Of a DNA stretch of 64,000 bases, positions 12,731 through 25,012 are shown one piece after another. Position numbers and translations under genes: made by a program. Positions within the stretch are counted from its first letter, which is position 1; each line of letters opens with the position of its first letter. Location of the stretch: NCBI RefSeq assembly GCF_006345805.1, contig NC_043000.1, positions 51,708,001 through 51,772,000 of the forward strand. The letters run 5' to 3'. This DNA comes from Octopus sinensis (Eukaryota). Below the pieces are notes generated by a model. That model saw only the letters and a list, made by a program, of their open reading frames with translations, did not search any database and was not told where the DNA came from.

Positions 12731-13167
12731 ACTTACTTACTTACTTACTTGCAGTACGTATATTAGTGCAAGTGTCAGCACTGAATATTTTATGAAGAAT
12801 ATATTTTGTAGATTTGCTGTTAATGGCTCTCTCGGGAATTGTTTAAGTTTGTAAGTACGTTTCTTGTCGTTGAGATGTGCCCCATGAGTCATAACGAACA
12901 TCTGACCGATTAGACATGTGATTCTGAAACTCTGAGTATTGGTCGCAAGAATCATTTACAGCAAATCTACACACACTCTCGTCTGTGTAAAAATAATATA
13001 TATTTGGTGCATTTTCTAAGTGTATTCTACCAGGTTTCACTGAATCAAAGCGCATATGTATTATATACATATTAAATTACATATTCTGTTTGTGACATAG
13101 TTTCATATTCGTGTACAGGGGCACCATCCATTCGGACTTCTTATTCAAATATCAATTACATATATAT

Positions 13168-13460
13168 CACGTGATCACGTGACCGACCAGACCATCAGAT
13201 GTTGTTACACATCGCTGGTCACAATGCGTTCGCATTGTTTTAGCCTTCGAATGACGCCACCCCGCTGGCTAAGCGAGCAGGCCAACAGAAGAAAGAGTGG
13301 TGAAAGAGTACAGAAGGGATCACCACCCCCTGCCGGAGCCTCGTTGTGCTTTTAGGTGTTTTCGCTCAATAAACACTCACAACGCCCGGTCTGGGAATCG
13401 AAACCGCGATCCTGCGACCGCGAGTCCGCTGCCCTAACCACTAGGCCATTGCGCCTCCAC
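13168..13460 (-). mobile_element. SINE family D (D1 tail), full length with TSD
   Basis: Minus-strand head gtggaggcgcaatggcctagtggttagggc (A box)...ggtttcgattccc (B box); 10-bp TSD acatatatat at 13158-13167 and 13461-13470. Confidence 0.92.
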
Positions 13461-13527
13461 ACATATATATATATGAATTGTAATTTTTGTTTTTTGTTTA
13501 GTATGTGGTTGAAGACTATGGTAACTG

Positions 13528-13853
13528 GTTATTCTTTTATTTGTTTCAATCACTTGACTACTGCATGCTGGAGATCCTCCTTTGAGGGTTTTTGAGTCGA
13601 AGAAATCGACCCCAGGACTTATTCTTTTTTTAAACCTTGTACTTATTCTATCGGTCCATTTTGCCGAACCGCCAGGTTACGAGGACTTAAACACACCAGC
13701 AACGGTTGTCAAGCAATGGTGGTGGGAACAAACATAGACTCAAAGACACTCATACACATATATATATGACGGGCTTCTTTGAGTCTCTGCCTACCAAATC
13801 CACTCATGAGGCTTTGGTTGGCTCGCGGCTATAGTAGAATACACTTGCCCAAG
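13528..13853 (-). mobile_element. SINE B copy lacking its head
   Basis: Matches 55532-55980 throughout, including the internal short microsatellite. Confidence 0.88.
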
Positions 13854-15400
13854 GGTGAGTTTATTTCTGATTGGTCAGTTAAAAATAAAGTGAGCTTGGA
13901 TTTTAAATGCTGTTAAATTGTAAAAGTTAACGAGTTGAAATTTTGACGGTATCAGCGAGTGTTTTGTTATACGTTACAGTGAGCTAACGTCACTTTAAAG
14001 TTCGAGAGTGTCTCATAGTGGGTTAAAAACCAGAGGGAAAAGTAGAGAGTATGAAAGCTCCGATTCAAATATACTGCTGATGTTCAAGTAATATTGGATG
14101 GTCATGAAACTTTAACTTGAAATTTTAATGTTGATTGTTTGGCAACCATGGATATAGAACTGAGAATCACGATGTATTATCATTACTGGGCTATATAATT
14201 TAATATATTTTACTACTACTACACATACACGCACACATATAGAGAGAGTAGATAACTACTATGGCTTTTGTTTATGTGAACACCTACAGCTTTTTTAAAT
14301 TGCACACACATACACACTTACAGACGCATACACAAACACATACAAACAAAAAATAGATAACTGTTACTTATGTGCTTCACAATAAACATCATAATTATCG
14401 AAACACCGAAAATGCTCAGTAAGAAATGCAGAATTAAATTAAGCTATGACGCGACCTACAAAGCAGTAAAAGAATTTCAAATATACCACTCGAAACATAT
14501 GTAGTTTGTGTATTACTTTAAACCAGAATATATTAGTGTTATTTGGAATGTCAAGGGTCATAGCTATCATCAAGCGAGAGATGGAGAAATATGCGTGTAC
14601 GCAAATATATCTGGTTGACATAGGTCGTCACAAAATTAACGTAAAAAGAAACAATACCAAATGAAAATTATACTTGTGTGTGGTCGTAAAATTGTCTTCG
14701 TGCGGCTGCTTATCTATGTGTAGTGTGTGTCTGCGTATGTGTGTAAGATACACAGAGAAAGAGGTGGGGGAAGAGAATTGCATATCTACACTGTATACAT
14801 AGATTGTAGTCTTAGATGTTCTTTTTCCATTGTATGCGTGGGGGGTAATCTGTTAGATCTCTACCGCTCCTTTAACTTGAATCTTTTTTGTTGCATAACT
14901 GGGCTTTTTGTTTTGATGTTTGTTTACTCTCTCTCTCTCTCACACATATACACGAACACTATGCGCGGAAATACGTACACCATTTTTTCCACCAGCAACA
15001 AACTGCTATTTGTATTAGTGATATTGGGTAATGATTGCTTGTCAATCAGTCAAGAGCAATAACAACTGTTTTGACTGTCAGTTTGACTGAAAATTCGGAA
15101 AGCTTTCATTACATAAGGAGTGCTGGGAAGTCTTTCAATTTCCTTTTTTCACGTCCAATTTTTTTTCTCCCTATCTCCGTCTCTCTCTCTCTCACTCTAC
15201 TTTCAGTTTCACTTAGTGACTCTTCTATGTTCGTTCATGGAGAAGACGTGCTTTTAAGAGTTGCTTGGTTTGAAAGGTGTTTTTCGTGACGTAGTTTCTC
15301 TAAATTTGTATACATGTATATGTAGACATACATTACATATGTTATACACTGATATATGAAACATAAACACACACACACAGATATGTGTGTGTATGTGTGT

Positions 15401-15648
15401 ATGGAGGTTAGTGGTAAGGGTGTTGCACCTATGATCGTAAGATTGTGATTTCGATACCTCGACCGGGCGATGCATTCTGTTCTTGAGCAAAACACTTCAT
15501 TTCACTTTGATCCAGTCCATTCAGCTGGCTGAAAAAAAAAACAAGAAAATCCTGCAGCGGACCGGCGTCCCATCCAGGGGCAGTGGCGATATACGCCACA
15601 GAATCCGGGAAGCTGGCTTTATGAGCCTATGGCTCGTGAGGGTCCTTT
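15401..15648 (+). mobile_element. SINE family C (C3 tail)
   Basis: tRNA-like head with gatttcgatacc, gttcttgagcaaaacacttcatttcac core, then cctgcagcggaccggcgtcccatccagggg. Confidence 0.8.
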
Positions 15649-15825
15649 GAGATATATATATATACACACACACACAATTTTTCATTAATCTGCTGATTTA
15701 CTCTATACTTTTGTAGAGTACAACTTTATTATTATTAAACAAGAATGTTGTTGATAGTGACTTCGAAGTATCAGCCAGCTAAGCCATCGTCGGATTCTTG
15801 TTTAAGAATAATATATATATAGACT

Positions 15826-15925
15826 ATAGTTGAGGACACTTGCCCAAGGTACCACGCAGTGGATCCGAACTCAGGAGCATGTGGTTGGGAAGCCAACTTC
15901 TTAACATACAGCCACACCTGCACCT
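15826..15925 (-). mobile_element. SINE B head fragment
   Basis: gacacttgcccaaggtaccacgcagtgg...catgtggttgggaagc...acagccacacctgcacc. Confidence 0.8.
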
Positions 15926-16380
15926 ATGTATGTGTGTGTGCGCGTGCCGCCTGCATCTGTGTATATATATAATACTCTATTATACCATATACATCAATAT
16001 ATCAACGTAGATGTGTGTGTTCGTGAGAGGAAGATAGGGAGAAGGACAAATGGGTGAATGAGGGGAACAGGTAATTATATAAGAAACTTGCACACCAGTA
16101 TGATGTATGGAAGTCAAAGAGTGCAGTAAGCTTTTGTTGTTCCGGACATGTTTGCTTCCTCGAACCTAGCAGTATTTTGCATTGAGAACAATTGTCAAAT
16201 GCAGTAGAGTAAGCGCCACAGTCTGGTTTCCTTATCGAGTTTACTTGCGAATTATGATGCACGGAATGTTAGCTTACTTTGTAAATAATCGAAGGAAATG
16301 CATGTTGCGACGCGTTTCTGTAGCTGTGTATATGATTCTGCAAGTAAGTTCGTATGGACGTATGTGTGTATGTGTATATA

Positions 16381-16507
16381 CATATATACACGTGTGTGTT
16401 ATATGTGTCTATACACGAATATATATATGTATAACATATATTCATATACGTGTGTCTCTGCGTATATGTATTTGTATTTATATACATATCTATGTGTATA
16501 TATGTTC

Positions 16508-16592
<85 letters not shown>

Positions 16593-16900
16593 CATATATA
16601 CATATATACACGTGTGTGTATATGTGTCTATACACGAATATATATATGTATAACATATATTCATATACGTGTGTCTCTGCGTATATGTATTTGTATTTAT
16701 ATACATATCTATATGTGTATATATGTTCGTATATATATATATATGTGTGTGTATGCATATATACATATATACACGTGTGTGTATATGTGTCTATACACGA
16801 ATATATATATGTATAATATATATTCATATACGTGTGTCTATGCGTATATGTATTTGTATTTATATACATATCTATATGTGTATATATGTTCGTATATATA
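16381..16900 (+). repeat. Three-copy composite minisatellite
   Basis: catatatacacgtgtgtg...ctatacacgaatata...gtgtctctgcgtatatg...atgttcgtata starts at 16381, 16601 and 16764, with variable (TA)n(TG)n spacers. Confidence 0.92.
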
Positions 16901-16903
16901 TAT

Positions 16904-16938
<35 letters not shown>

Positions 16939-17706
16939 ACTTACATATATGCATGTATGTATGTGAAAATATGTATATGTGTGTAACTCCGTGTGTGTGT
17001 GTGTAACTCTACATATGCATGTGTATGTAGATTGTGTTTATGTATGTTACGTCACTTTTCAATTTGAAGCATTCGACTTGAAGAAAAAGCTCGAGCAATT
17101 TTCGGAAAAAAAGGCAAGTTTCTGAACTAATATAATAAAACCCGGTATTTCATAATAAAGTCATAGATTTTATTTTTGTATTTCATGATAAATAAACAAA
17201 TATAAATATAACTAACACATCTCGCCATAATCGATATTGATAACAATCTATACTACATACCTCCAGTTTTGTCTAGCATTCCTCTATACATATATATATA
17301 TATATATAGCTGTCTTATACTCATATACCGTTACATAGATTTTATATGTGTGTATATGTAATTCCAGACATACGTGTATGTGTCTCCACGATACTCACGC
17401 AATAAGTTTATAATAGCATGTGTTTTATTTATTTATTTATTTACTTTTTGTAAGCCACTCTCACTTCACCTGTTGTACGACTGTCTGCGGAGAAGTAGTT
17501 ATGAGATGGTTATCAAGTACAGTTGATTTTTCTTGCAAGTGCTAAAGTGCTGTTAAAATATCTAATATTATATATATATACACATCGTGGAGAAAATACG
17601 CTGCTTATTTATTTATTTATTTATTTATTTATGTTTTCATTCATTTATGTAATCGGATCTTCGTTATTTTATGTATGTTAAGTTTTATAAATTCGTGCTC
17701 ATATAT

Positions 17707-17938
17707 GTTTCTTTATTACCCACAAGGGGCTACACACAGAGGGGACAAACAAAGACAGACAAACGAATGAAGTCGATTAAATCGACCCCAGTGCGTAACT
17801 GGTACTTGATTTATCGACTCCGAAAGGATTAAAGGCAAAGTCGACCTCGGCGGAATTTGAACTCAGAACGTAGCGGCAGACGAAATACGGCTACGCATTT
17901 CGCCCAGCGTGCTAACGTTTCTGCCAGCTCGCCGCCTT
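17707..17938 (-). mobile_element. SINE A1, young, with 16-bp TSD
   Basis: Near-intact family A sequence; TSD attcgtgctcatatat at 17691-17706 and 17939-17954. Confidence 0.95.
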
Positions 17939-18439
17939 ATTCGTGCTCATATATTCGCGCATGACAGATCTCGCGTTGGCTTTGATGAATGAAGAAGGGT
18001 TTTAGAATTTTTAATTTGTTGGTGGTGCTAGTGGCGGTGGTAGTTGTCTGAAGGAAACGTTGTGCCCATATTCAGTGGTAGGGGAGAAGGCTGTAGAAAT
18101 GCATTAGTTCATCGAACTATCATCCGTTGATTATAACAGAAGGGCCACCAATTGATAGAATAGGGCGACGAATTTATTCTATAACCGAATAATAGATATA
18201 TCCATTCCGACAGATTTCCCAACAGTTTTCCAATGAGGACCTATTTACAAGGTCGCTCAACGTGTAAGTAATAGTTGCTACATAAATATTACTCAAACTT
18301 ATTGTTTGACTACAGGAAGGGTACAGAGGGCAATGTAATCCTAATTTGAGAAAAGAAAATGGGATTCGCAATAGCTGGAATGACATTTGGTTTTAAGTCT
18401 GCTCGACAAGGGATCGCCTAGGGCTAGACAACACTAAAG

Positions 18440-18630
18440 CTAGTTGGCAGAATCATTAGTACGTTGGGTAAAACGCTAAGCAACATTCCGTCCGTCTTTA
18501 CATTCTGAGTTTAAATTCCACCGAGGTCGACTTTTCTTTTCAACCATTCCAGGTCGTTAAAATAAGTACCATTATTTGAAAGCTGTAATCGACTTAGCCC
18601 CTCCCCTTGTACCAAAATCTGAAACCGATA
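18440..18630 (+). mobile_element. SINE A copy (A2 tail)
   Basis: tggcagaatcattag...ctgagtttaaattccaccgaggtcgactttt...aataagtacc. Confidence 0.8.
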
Positions 18631-18807
18631 TATTTCAGTACACTATTTTATCTCTGTCTTTTTTTCTCTCATTGTCTATCCTTTCTTTTTGAAGATGAAT
18701 GAATATTCGAAGCGTAGAAGACAGTTCCTTGTCTTTTCGTTCTCTTTTGTTTTCCGCTTCCTGAGCATCAACCTAATAGAATCTTTGTTTTATTATATCA
18801 TCTTTGT

Positions 18808-19020
18808 AAGGCAGCGAGCTGGCAGAATCGCTAGCACGCCGGGTGAAATTCTTAACGGTATGTTGTCTCTTTATGTTCTGAGTTCAAATTCCGCCGCGGT
18901 CAACTTTACCTTTCATCTTTTCAGGGTTGATAAATTAAAAACTAGTTGCGTACTGGTGACGATACCATCGACTGGACCCCTCCCCCAAATTTTCGGGCTG
19001 TGTGCCTAAAGTAGAAAGGA
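18808..19020 (+). mobile_element. SINE A copy (A2 tail)
   Basis: aaggcagcgagctggcagaatcgctagcacgccggg...gagttcaaattccgcc...aaattttcgggctgtgtgcctaaagtagaaagg. Confidence 0.88.
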
Positions 19021-19364
19021 TTATCTCATCTTTGTGTTATCATTTTTTTTTCTTGCACTACGTGTGTGTTATAAAATTCGCTTTAACAAGTGCCTTCATT
19101 CAGCTTTGCGTAACAGCTTATTTACCTAATTGGTTGAATATGCCGTCGGGCAAAACTTTCAAGTCCTAGTAAGTAAAATGAAAAAAAAAAAAAAAATACT
19201 TTTATAGTTTGACTTCTAACCTCACCCATTCAGCAAATATTCTGGTGTTATTCTTAAAATTTCTTTTAAAATAACTATTAAAACTGACACGCATACTCAC
19301 ACACATACACACACCTAGTTTCTAATTTGATGATTTAAATGTTGCTAATTGTGAAGTTCTTTTT

Positions 19365-19409
19365 ACTACTACTACTACTACTACTACTACCACTACCACC
19401 ACCACCACC

Positions 19410-19445
<36 letters not shown>
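19365..19445. repeat. (CTA)n(CCA)n(CTA)n compound trinucleotide repeat
   Basis: Seen directly; the poly-Val ORF is an artefact. Confidence 0.95.
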
Positions 19446-20789
19446 GGTTGTAGTGGTGATGTAGATATTGGTAACGGTACCAATATTATCAATTTTCCAG
19501 ATCGTACTTCAGCTGTTGTACCTTTCCGCTCCATTTCCCCCTCCTGCAGCACCCCAGCTTCACTCTACCACACCCACACCCCCATACCATATTACCACCC
19601 TACTCTCACCGCTTCTCACTACACACTATAGCAACGTCCCTACTATCATTTTAAAGTGAGACTCTTGAGTATTGCTTCTTCTTGGAGTGTTAGGTTTGCT
19701 GGAATTTTTATGATTATTATTATTATTGTTGTTGTTATTGTTGTTGTTTCCCTCATAGCTGAGAAGCGTCAAGTTAATTTTCCACTCAAGTACAATTGGT
19801 CTAAATTTCCTTTCAAGCGAATAATGTTCCACTTTTCCACTCAAGAGGGCGTTGGTTATAACAGTTTTCCACTCAGTGAACGCTGAAATTTTCTTTCTAT
19901 TACATTTCCCTCGCAGACGAAGTTGAATTAGTTTCTTAATAGCTGAATCCAAAGGGCTGCACTTCTCGACATTGCTACCGCTCTGTCTGTCTGTCTGTTT
20001 GTTTCTCTCTCTCGCCCTCCCCCTCTCTCTCTCTCATTATTTTTCTTTAATATTTTTGTTCTGCAATCATTCAGGGTCACTGTATAATTAACGAATGTCT
20101 CGTTACCTTGCAAAGGCTTAACTTCAGCAAAGATTGTATTTGTAGTAGGCCGATCAAAACACGTTATATGAATGAAATAACTTTCAACAGATTAGTGCCA
20201 AGAAAAATCAGGATAATCTTGTGTAGTGCACGACCTTTCCCTGTCGAGATTTCATTTAGCAGTTTTACTATCCATTTACCAGCGTAATTCCAACAGTTTT
20301 ATGGATTAAGTAGGTTTCGTTTTGATAAACAAATAAAGAATAACACAAGATTTGTTACTTCAGCTGGTTAAAAGCGAAGTACATATTATGCACATACATT
20401 AGAGCACATACACACACACACACAACAGAAAAACTATTGTAATTTGATACTGGATCAAACCTAATTGCTAATATGTTTATCCAATTATCAAATATAAATG
20501 AGACTTGATTGTTCTTTTTTTCTTCCTTTCTTTTTTGCTTTTTCCTTTTACCTTTTCTTTTTCTCTTGTTCTGACTCTGCAGTTTGTTTCTCTCTGTGTA
20601 CATGTACACATACACGCGCGCACACAATATCTATGTGTGTTTGTGTGTATATGCACACACACACAAACACACACATTAAAGGTACGAAATTATAAGGATT
20701 TTGGACGTTGACAGTTGAGGAATATGCTACGAATTTTCTGCTTATGATTTTATAAAATTTACCGTTTCTTGAGTTTTTGTTAAATTTTT

Positions 20790-20846
<57 letters not shown>

Positions 20847-21220
20847 GTGTAGGCAAATAGAAAACTGGTTGGTCACCACATGCTGCCATTCTTTCTTTGC
20901 TATATGACTTTCTGTAGATGGAATGGACTATATATACTCTTGGTTGGTGTCAAATATACATACTCTCTACATGTTAGTGGCACAGTGAAGAGTTGTAAAG
21001 CTTTCCAAAAAGTCTCTTTCTGAGATTCTTATGTGAATAGATGCACACACTTGGGTGTATGCATCGACATTTCAACCAGCACACCAACTCAACTACTTAT
21101 TTACAAACACCTGGAACTCTCTTAACTCAAAATGTCTTGTTGCTTTGTAGAGGCTGGCTTGAAATCTCTCAAGAAGAAATTAAATGAAACTGAAAGATAA
21201 ATCATACATACATACATACA

Positions 21221-21625
21221 TTTATGGCTGCCCCCTCGTTATCGAGTATGGCCATTGCACGAAGCTTAACTGTTACTGGTGCTATGATCGAATGTGACTG
21301 TTTAGCCCAGCTAAAGATCTACAATGTCTTGTACAAAATTGGCAACTAAAACCTTTACTGGTAATAGCCGGCTGTAGTTGTAACTGGGCTTCATGTACCT
21401 TTGCATGTCGTTTAAGTCCTCCTGCCCAATTACACTCTCTTCCACATGCCCGACAGATATGATTAGTATGGTGTGTTACACCACCACCAGTGGCCAGGTT
21501 GTCACTCATCTGTCTCGTTTTATGACTACGAAGATGACTCATGAGTCCAGCTTTACTGAGACAGGGTCTTGCACAGACATTGCATGTCAGAATCAAAGGA
21601 AGACCCTTCCCTTCTGGAAGTGTAA
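21221..21625 (-). mobile_element. RTE-like LINE 3' end encoding three C2H2 zinc fingers
   Basis: ORF 21282-21680 contains CNVCARPCLSKAGLMSHLRSH, CRACGRECNWAGGLKRHAKVH and CQFCTRHCRSLAGLNSHIRS*. The CxxCxRxCxSxxGLxSHxRxH motif is typical of RTE ORF2 C-termini. 3' UTR ggccatactcgataacgagggggcagccat is followed by a (TATG)n tail. Confidence 0.75.
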
Positions 21626-21687
21626 CATACATACATACACACATACATACATACATACATACATACATACATACATACATACATACA
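21626..21687. repeat. (TACA)n microsatellite between the two LINE fragments
   Basis: Seen directly. Confidence 0.97.
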
Positions 21688-22278
21688 ATAAGAACCTACA
21701 GTATAGTAGAAGCTAAAAAGGAGTTCTGGTGGAGCCCCAATAAAATGTAAACATAATAGACCTGACCTGATATAAAGAAGAGAAACTGTGTACAGTTGTG
21801 GAAATCAGTTGTCCAGCAGATGTTAACATGAAGTTAAAGATCAGCGAAAAAGAAAATACTTACGCTGAACTATTGAGGAATCTACAGCTACTCTATCCAG
21901 ATTACAAGTTCAGGTTTATAACTGTAATTATTGGGGCACTGGGATATGTAACACATTGCCTAAATTCCAATCTTGAGAAATTAGGCTTCTCAAAACCAGA
22001 AAGGAGAAAGCTGATTCGAAGACTACAGATCCAAGCCATCAGTGGAACTGTATGAATCTGTAAAGCTTTCCATAAGTTGACCATTTAAGTATATATGATC
22101 ATGTCCAGCTATAGGCATGAAACTACATAAAACAAAACATACAAATCTATACATATACACACATACAAAAAATACCCTGTTAATGTTGTTGAAATTCCAA
22201 TGAAGGCGCCTTGGATCTAGGTTAGAAACCGGCTCTTTCTGTATTGGCAAGAAATCTTGAAATAAAACTGAATAATGA
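21688..22278 (+). mobile_element. R4/Dong-like non-LTR retrotransposon 3' end (restriction-like endonuclease plus 3' UTR)
   Basis: Frameshifted translation KEFWW...KCKHNRPDLI...VVEISCPADVNMKLKISEKENTYAELLRNLQLLYPDYKFRFITVIIGALG...IQAISGTV. The RPD...E...K..Y and IIGALG motifs are those of RLE-type elements; (TACA)n on both sides. Confidence 0.85.
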
Positions 22279-22714
22279 TATACATACATACATACAAGTT
22301 TATATGGTATAAAGAGAAGGGATGGTTGGTGAAGGGACTCGTAGTTTGATTTGTCAGATGCAACATGTGTGTGTGTGTGAGGATTCTTTTGTTTGATCAA
22401 TTCTGCTACTGAACTAACATGTAGGTAATGGAGCAGTATAGAGACCAATGTCTACGATCCCTGAATATGATTTTCAGGCAAAATCACCGTGAGAGTGTGT
22501 GACGCGGATGAATTCCAGGCACAAGGTACAATCCACTTGACAGGCTTCTGTTTAGTTTCCATCTAAAAACTTCCATCCACAAAGTATAGAACAACCCGGG
22601 GTTTTAGAAAACGACATTTCAAGCTACCATTCACAATGGACTCGGACCCGTAATTTTGTGGTTGTCAAATCAAACTCCTTAACCATTTGGTTATGCCGTA
22701 TGTGTGTGCGTACG

Positions 22715-22788
<74 letters not shown>

Positions 22789-22838
22789 CTTATTTGTTTA
22801 TCTATTTACATATGAGTATGTACATTTTTATTCTAATA

Positions 22839-23183
22839 CTAGCAGTATCGCCCGGCGTTGTTCGGGTTTGTTTCGACCCTTTAGAATTGGAATTTTTGAA
22901 AAGTAGTCTGATTGAAATACACCGAAAAATGGCGACACAGCAGTCAAAAAATAGGGATTTTCATAGAAAAAAAAAGCACCTTTTTGATGTAAATAATTTT
23001 TGGTGCTAAGATGGTCCGATTTGAATTTTTTCTTCTACGGAAGGAAGAGCAAGCCTTCTTCTATCATACTCTCAATTTTGGTCAACTTGCGCCTCAGGGT
23101 CTCGGAGGAGATAGTGGTGTTAGTTGAAGGCTACCAAACCTGTCACGCACAGACGACTTCAGCTTTGTTTATTTATATAAAGA
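22839..23183 (-). mobile_element. Complete non-autonomous Helitron
   Basis: On - strand: A|TCTTTATATAAA start, subterminal hairpin cccgaacaacgccggg, end CTAG|T; no TSD; homologous to 38790-39149. Confidence 0.88.
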
Positions 23184-24060
23184 TTTCGTTAAAGGAATAA
23201 CAACTTAAGGGCCGAGTGTTTCGTACTTGGGCACTTACATAATATATCCGTATGTATAAACTGTCTCTTCCACTGTATCTGCTTGCCAGTCAATCATTTA
23301 TGCTTTCTTCATATTCTTTTATCACTCCATATGCCCACACACACACTCTCTCTCTCTCACTCATGTTAATACTAATTTTTTTCTCTTTACTGCTCTTTCC
23401 ATATTGTCTCGTAGTTATTACCCCACAATCTTCTACTGCTTATTCTATATTTTTTTTTATCACCACCACGACTAAAATCATATCTTTCTTTTTTTTTCTT
23501 TTTACACATTCCATGCTCTCTCTCTCTCTCTCTCTCTCCCTCCCTCTCTTTCTCTCTGTCTATCTATCTCTCTCTCTCTCTAATCCGTTCTTTCTCTTTC
23601 TAATCTGGTCTTTCCCTCCTTCTCACCACCTTAGTCTCTCTTTTTCTGTCAGTCTTGTCTCTCTGTTCATTCTCATTTTCCTTCCACACCACTGTTTTCC
23701 ATCAATCTCCTTCAGTATATATCTTGCACTACCAACTCTACGACTGTCTTCTTTGCCATTATCGCCCGTCTCATCCTCCGTTCCCCCCTCTCTCAGCCTT
23801 TCCCTTTCCCTCACATACACACACACACTATATTCTCTCTCGTTCTTTCAGTCAACCTAACGCAGTATAACATCACTTTATATTCCCTTGTGAGCGTCTG
23901 ACGCAGTCATCCATCTAATTTTGTCTAAGCGATATCGATGAGCAAAGCTGAAATATTTTGCTTGTATTGGAAGGAACCGTAACTTGCTGCTGCCGCCATT
24001 CAATACTTTAAAACCAAAATGTTGATGCACACACACACACACACATAAAAACACACACAC

Positions 24061-24165
24061 GTATTCACATATGAATATTTGTATGTATACATGCATACAT
24101 AATACATTCACACGCACTCACGTACATACACACATACATACATAGATGCTCATCATAGGCAAGCA

Positions 24166-24199
<34 letters not shown>

Positions 24200-24446
24200 A
24201 TTCACATATGAATATTTGTATGTTATATATGCATACATAATACATTCACACGCACTCACGTACATACACACATACATACGTAGATGCTCATCATAGGCAA
24301 GCACCACACACACAACACACACACACACACACACACACACGTATTCACATATGAATATTTGTATGTATACATGCATACATAATACATTCACACGCACTCA
24401 CTCACGTACACACATACATACATAGATGCTCATCATAGGCAAGCAC
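24061..24446 (+). repeat. Three-copy composite minisatellite
   Basis: gtattcacatatgaatatttgtatg...tagatgctcatcataggcaagcac starts at 24061, 24198 and 24341, with (CA)n spacers. Confidence 0.93.
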
Positions 24447-24943
24447 GCACACACACACACACATACACACATGTATGTATACGTGCGTGTGTAAAACAAC
24501 AACATATCAACGTTCGGTTGTATTGTAAGTCTCACTATTTTTAGCTAAGAGAACTTGTTAGCAGCTTACATGTAAACTTTCAGACGTCTCTCCACGTTCA
24601 ATTCACCAAACACTTGTACACTTTTCACAATGGATCCAATTTGAATTGAATCATGCAGCTTGTGCTTGCTTCTTCATTTTGTTTTTCATATTTTTCTTTT
24701 TCTTTCTTCTTGTATCTTATTTACTTCCTTCTTTCCTTCCTCCCTCCCTCCCTACTTTTCTACCCTTTCTCTACTCTCATTCCTTCTGTCTTTCTTCACA
24801 CTTCACTCATAGCATTAGACATATATATACATACATACATACATACATAAATGCATACATACATAAATACATAAATACATACATATGCATACATACAAAC
24901 ACCTATAGTCTCTGTGAAATATATATATATATATGTATGTATG

Positions 24944-25012
<69 letters not shown>

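Noticed and set aside
13370-13460. tRNA-like A and B boxes suggesting a tRNA gene (likewise other SINE heads)
   Set aside because: No complete cloverleaf; the sequence continues into a SINE body with a TSD
16182-17006. Longest ORF in the track (274 aa)
   Set aside because: After about 55 codons it is only translated (TA)/(TG) minisatellite; the N-terminal part has no recognisable motif
21221-22278. Single 5'-inverted (twin-primed) LINE explaining both fragments
   Set aside because: The inverted part ends with its own stop, UTR and tail, and the two fragments carry motifs of different clades
23252-23860. 202-aa hydrophobic Leu/Ser/Phe ORF resembling a membrane protein
   Set aside because: Product of a CT-rich low-complexity tract
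12411-24446. Repeat-spacer-like periodicity suggestive of a CRISPR array
   Set aside because: Eukaryotic context, units over 100 bp, spacers are microsatellites, and no cas genes
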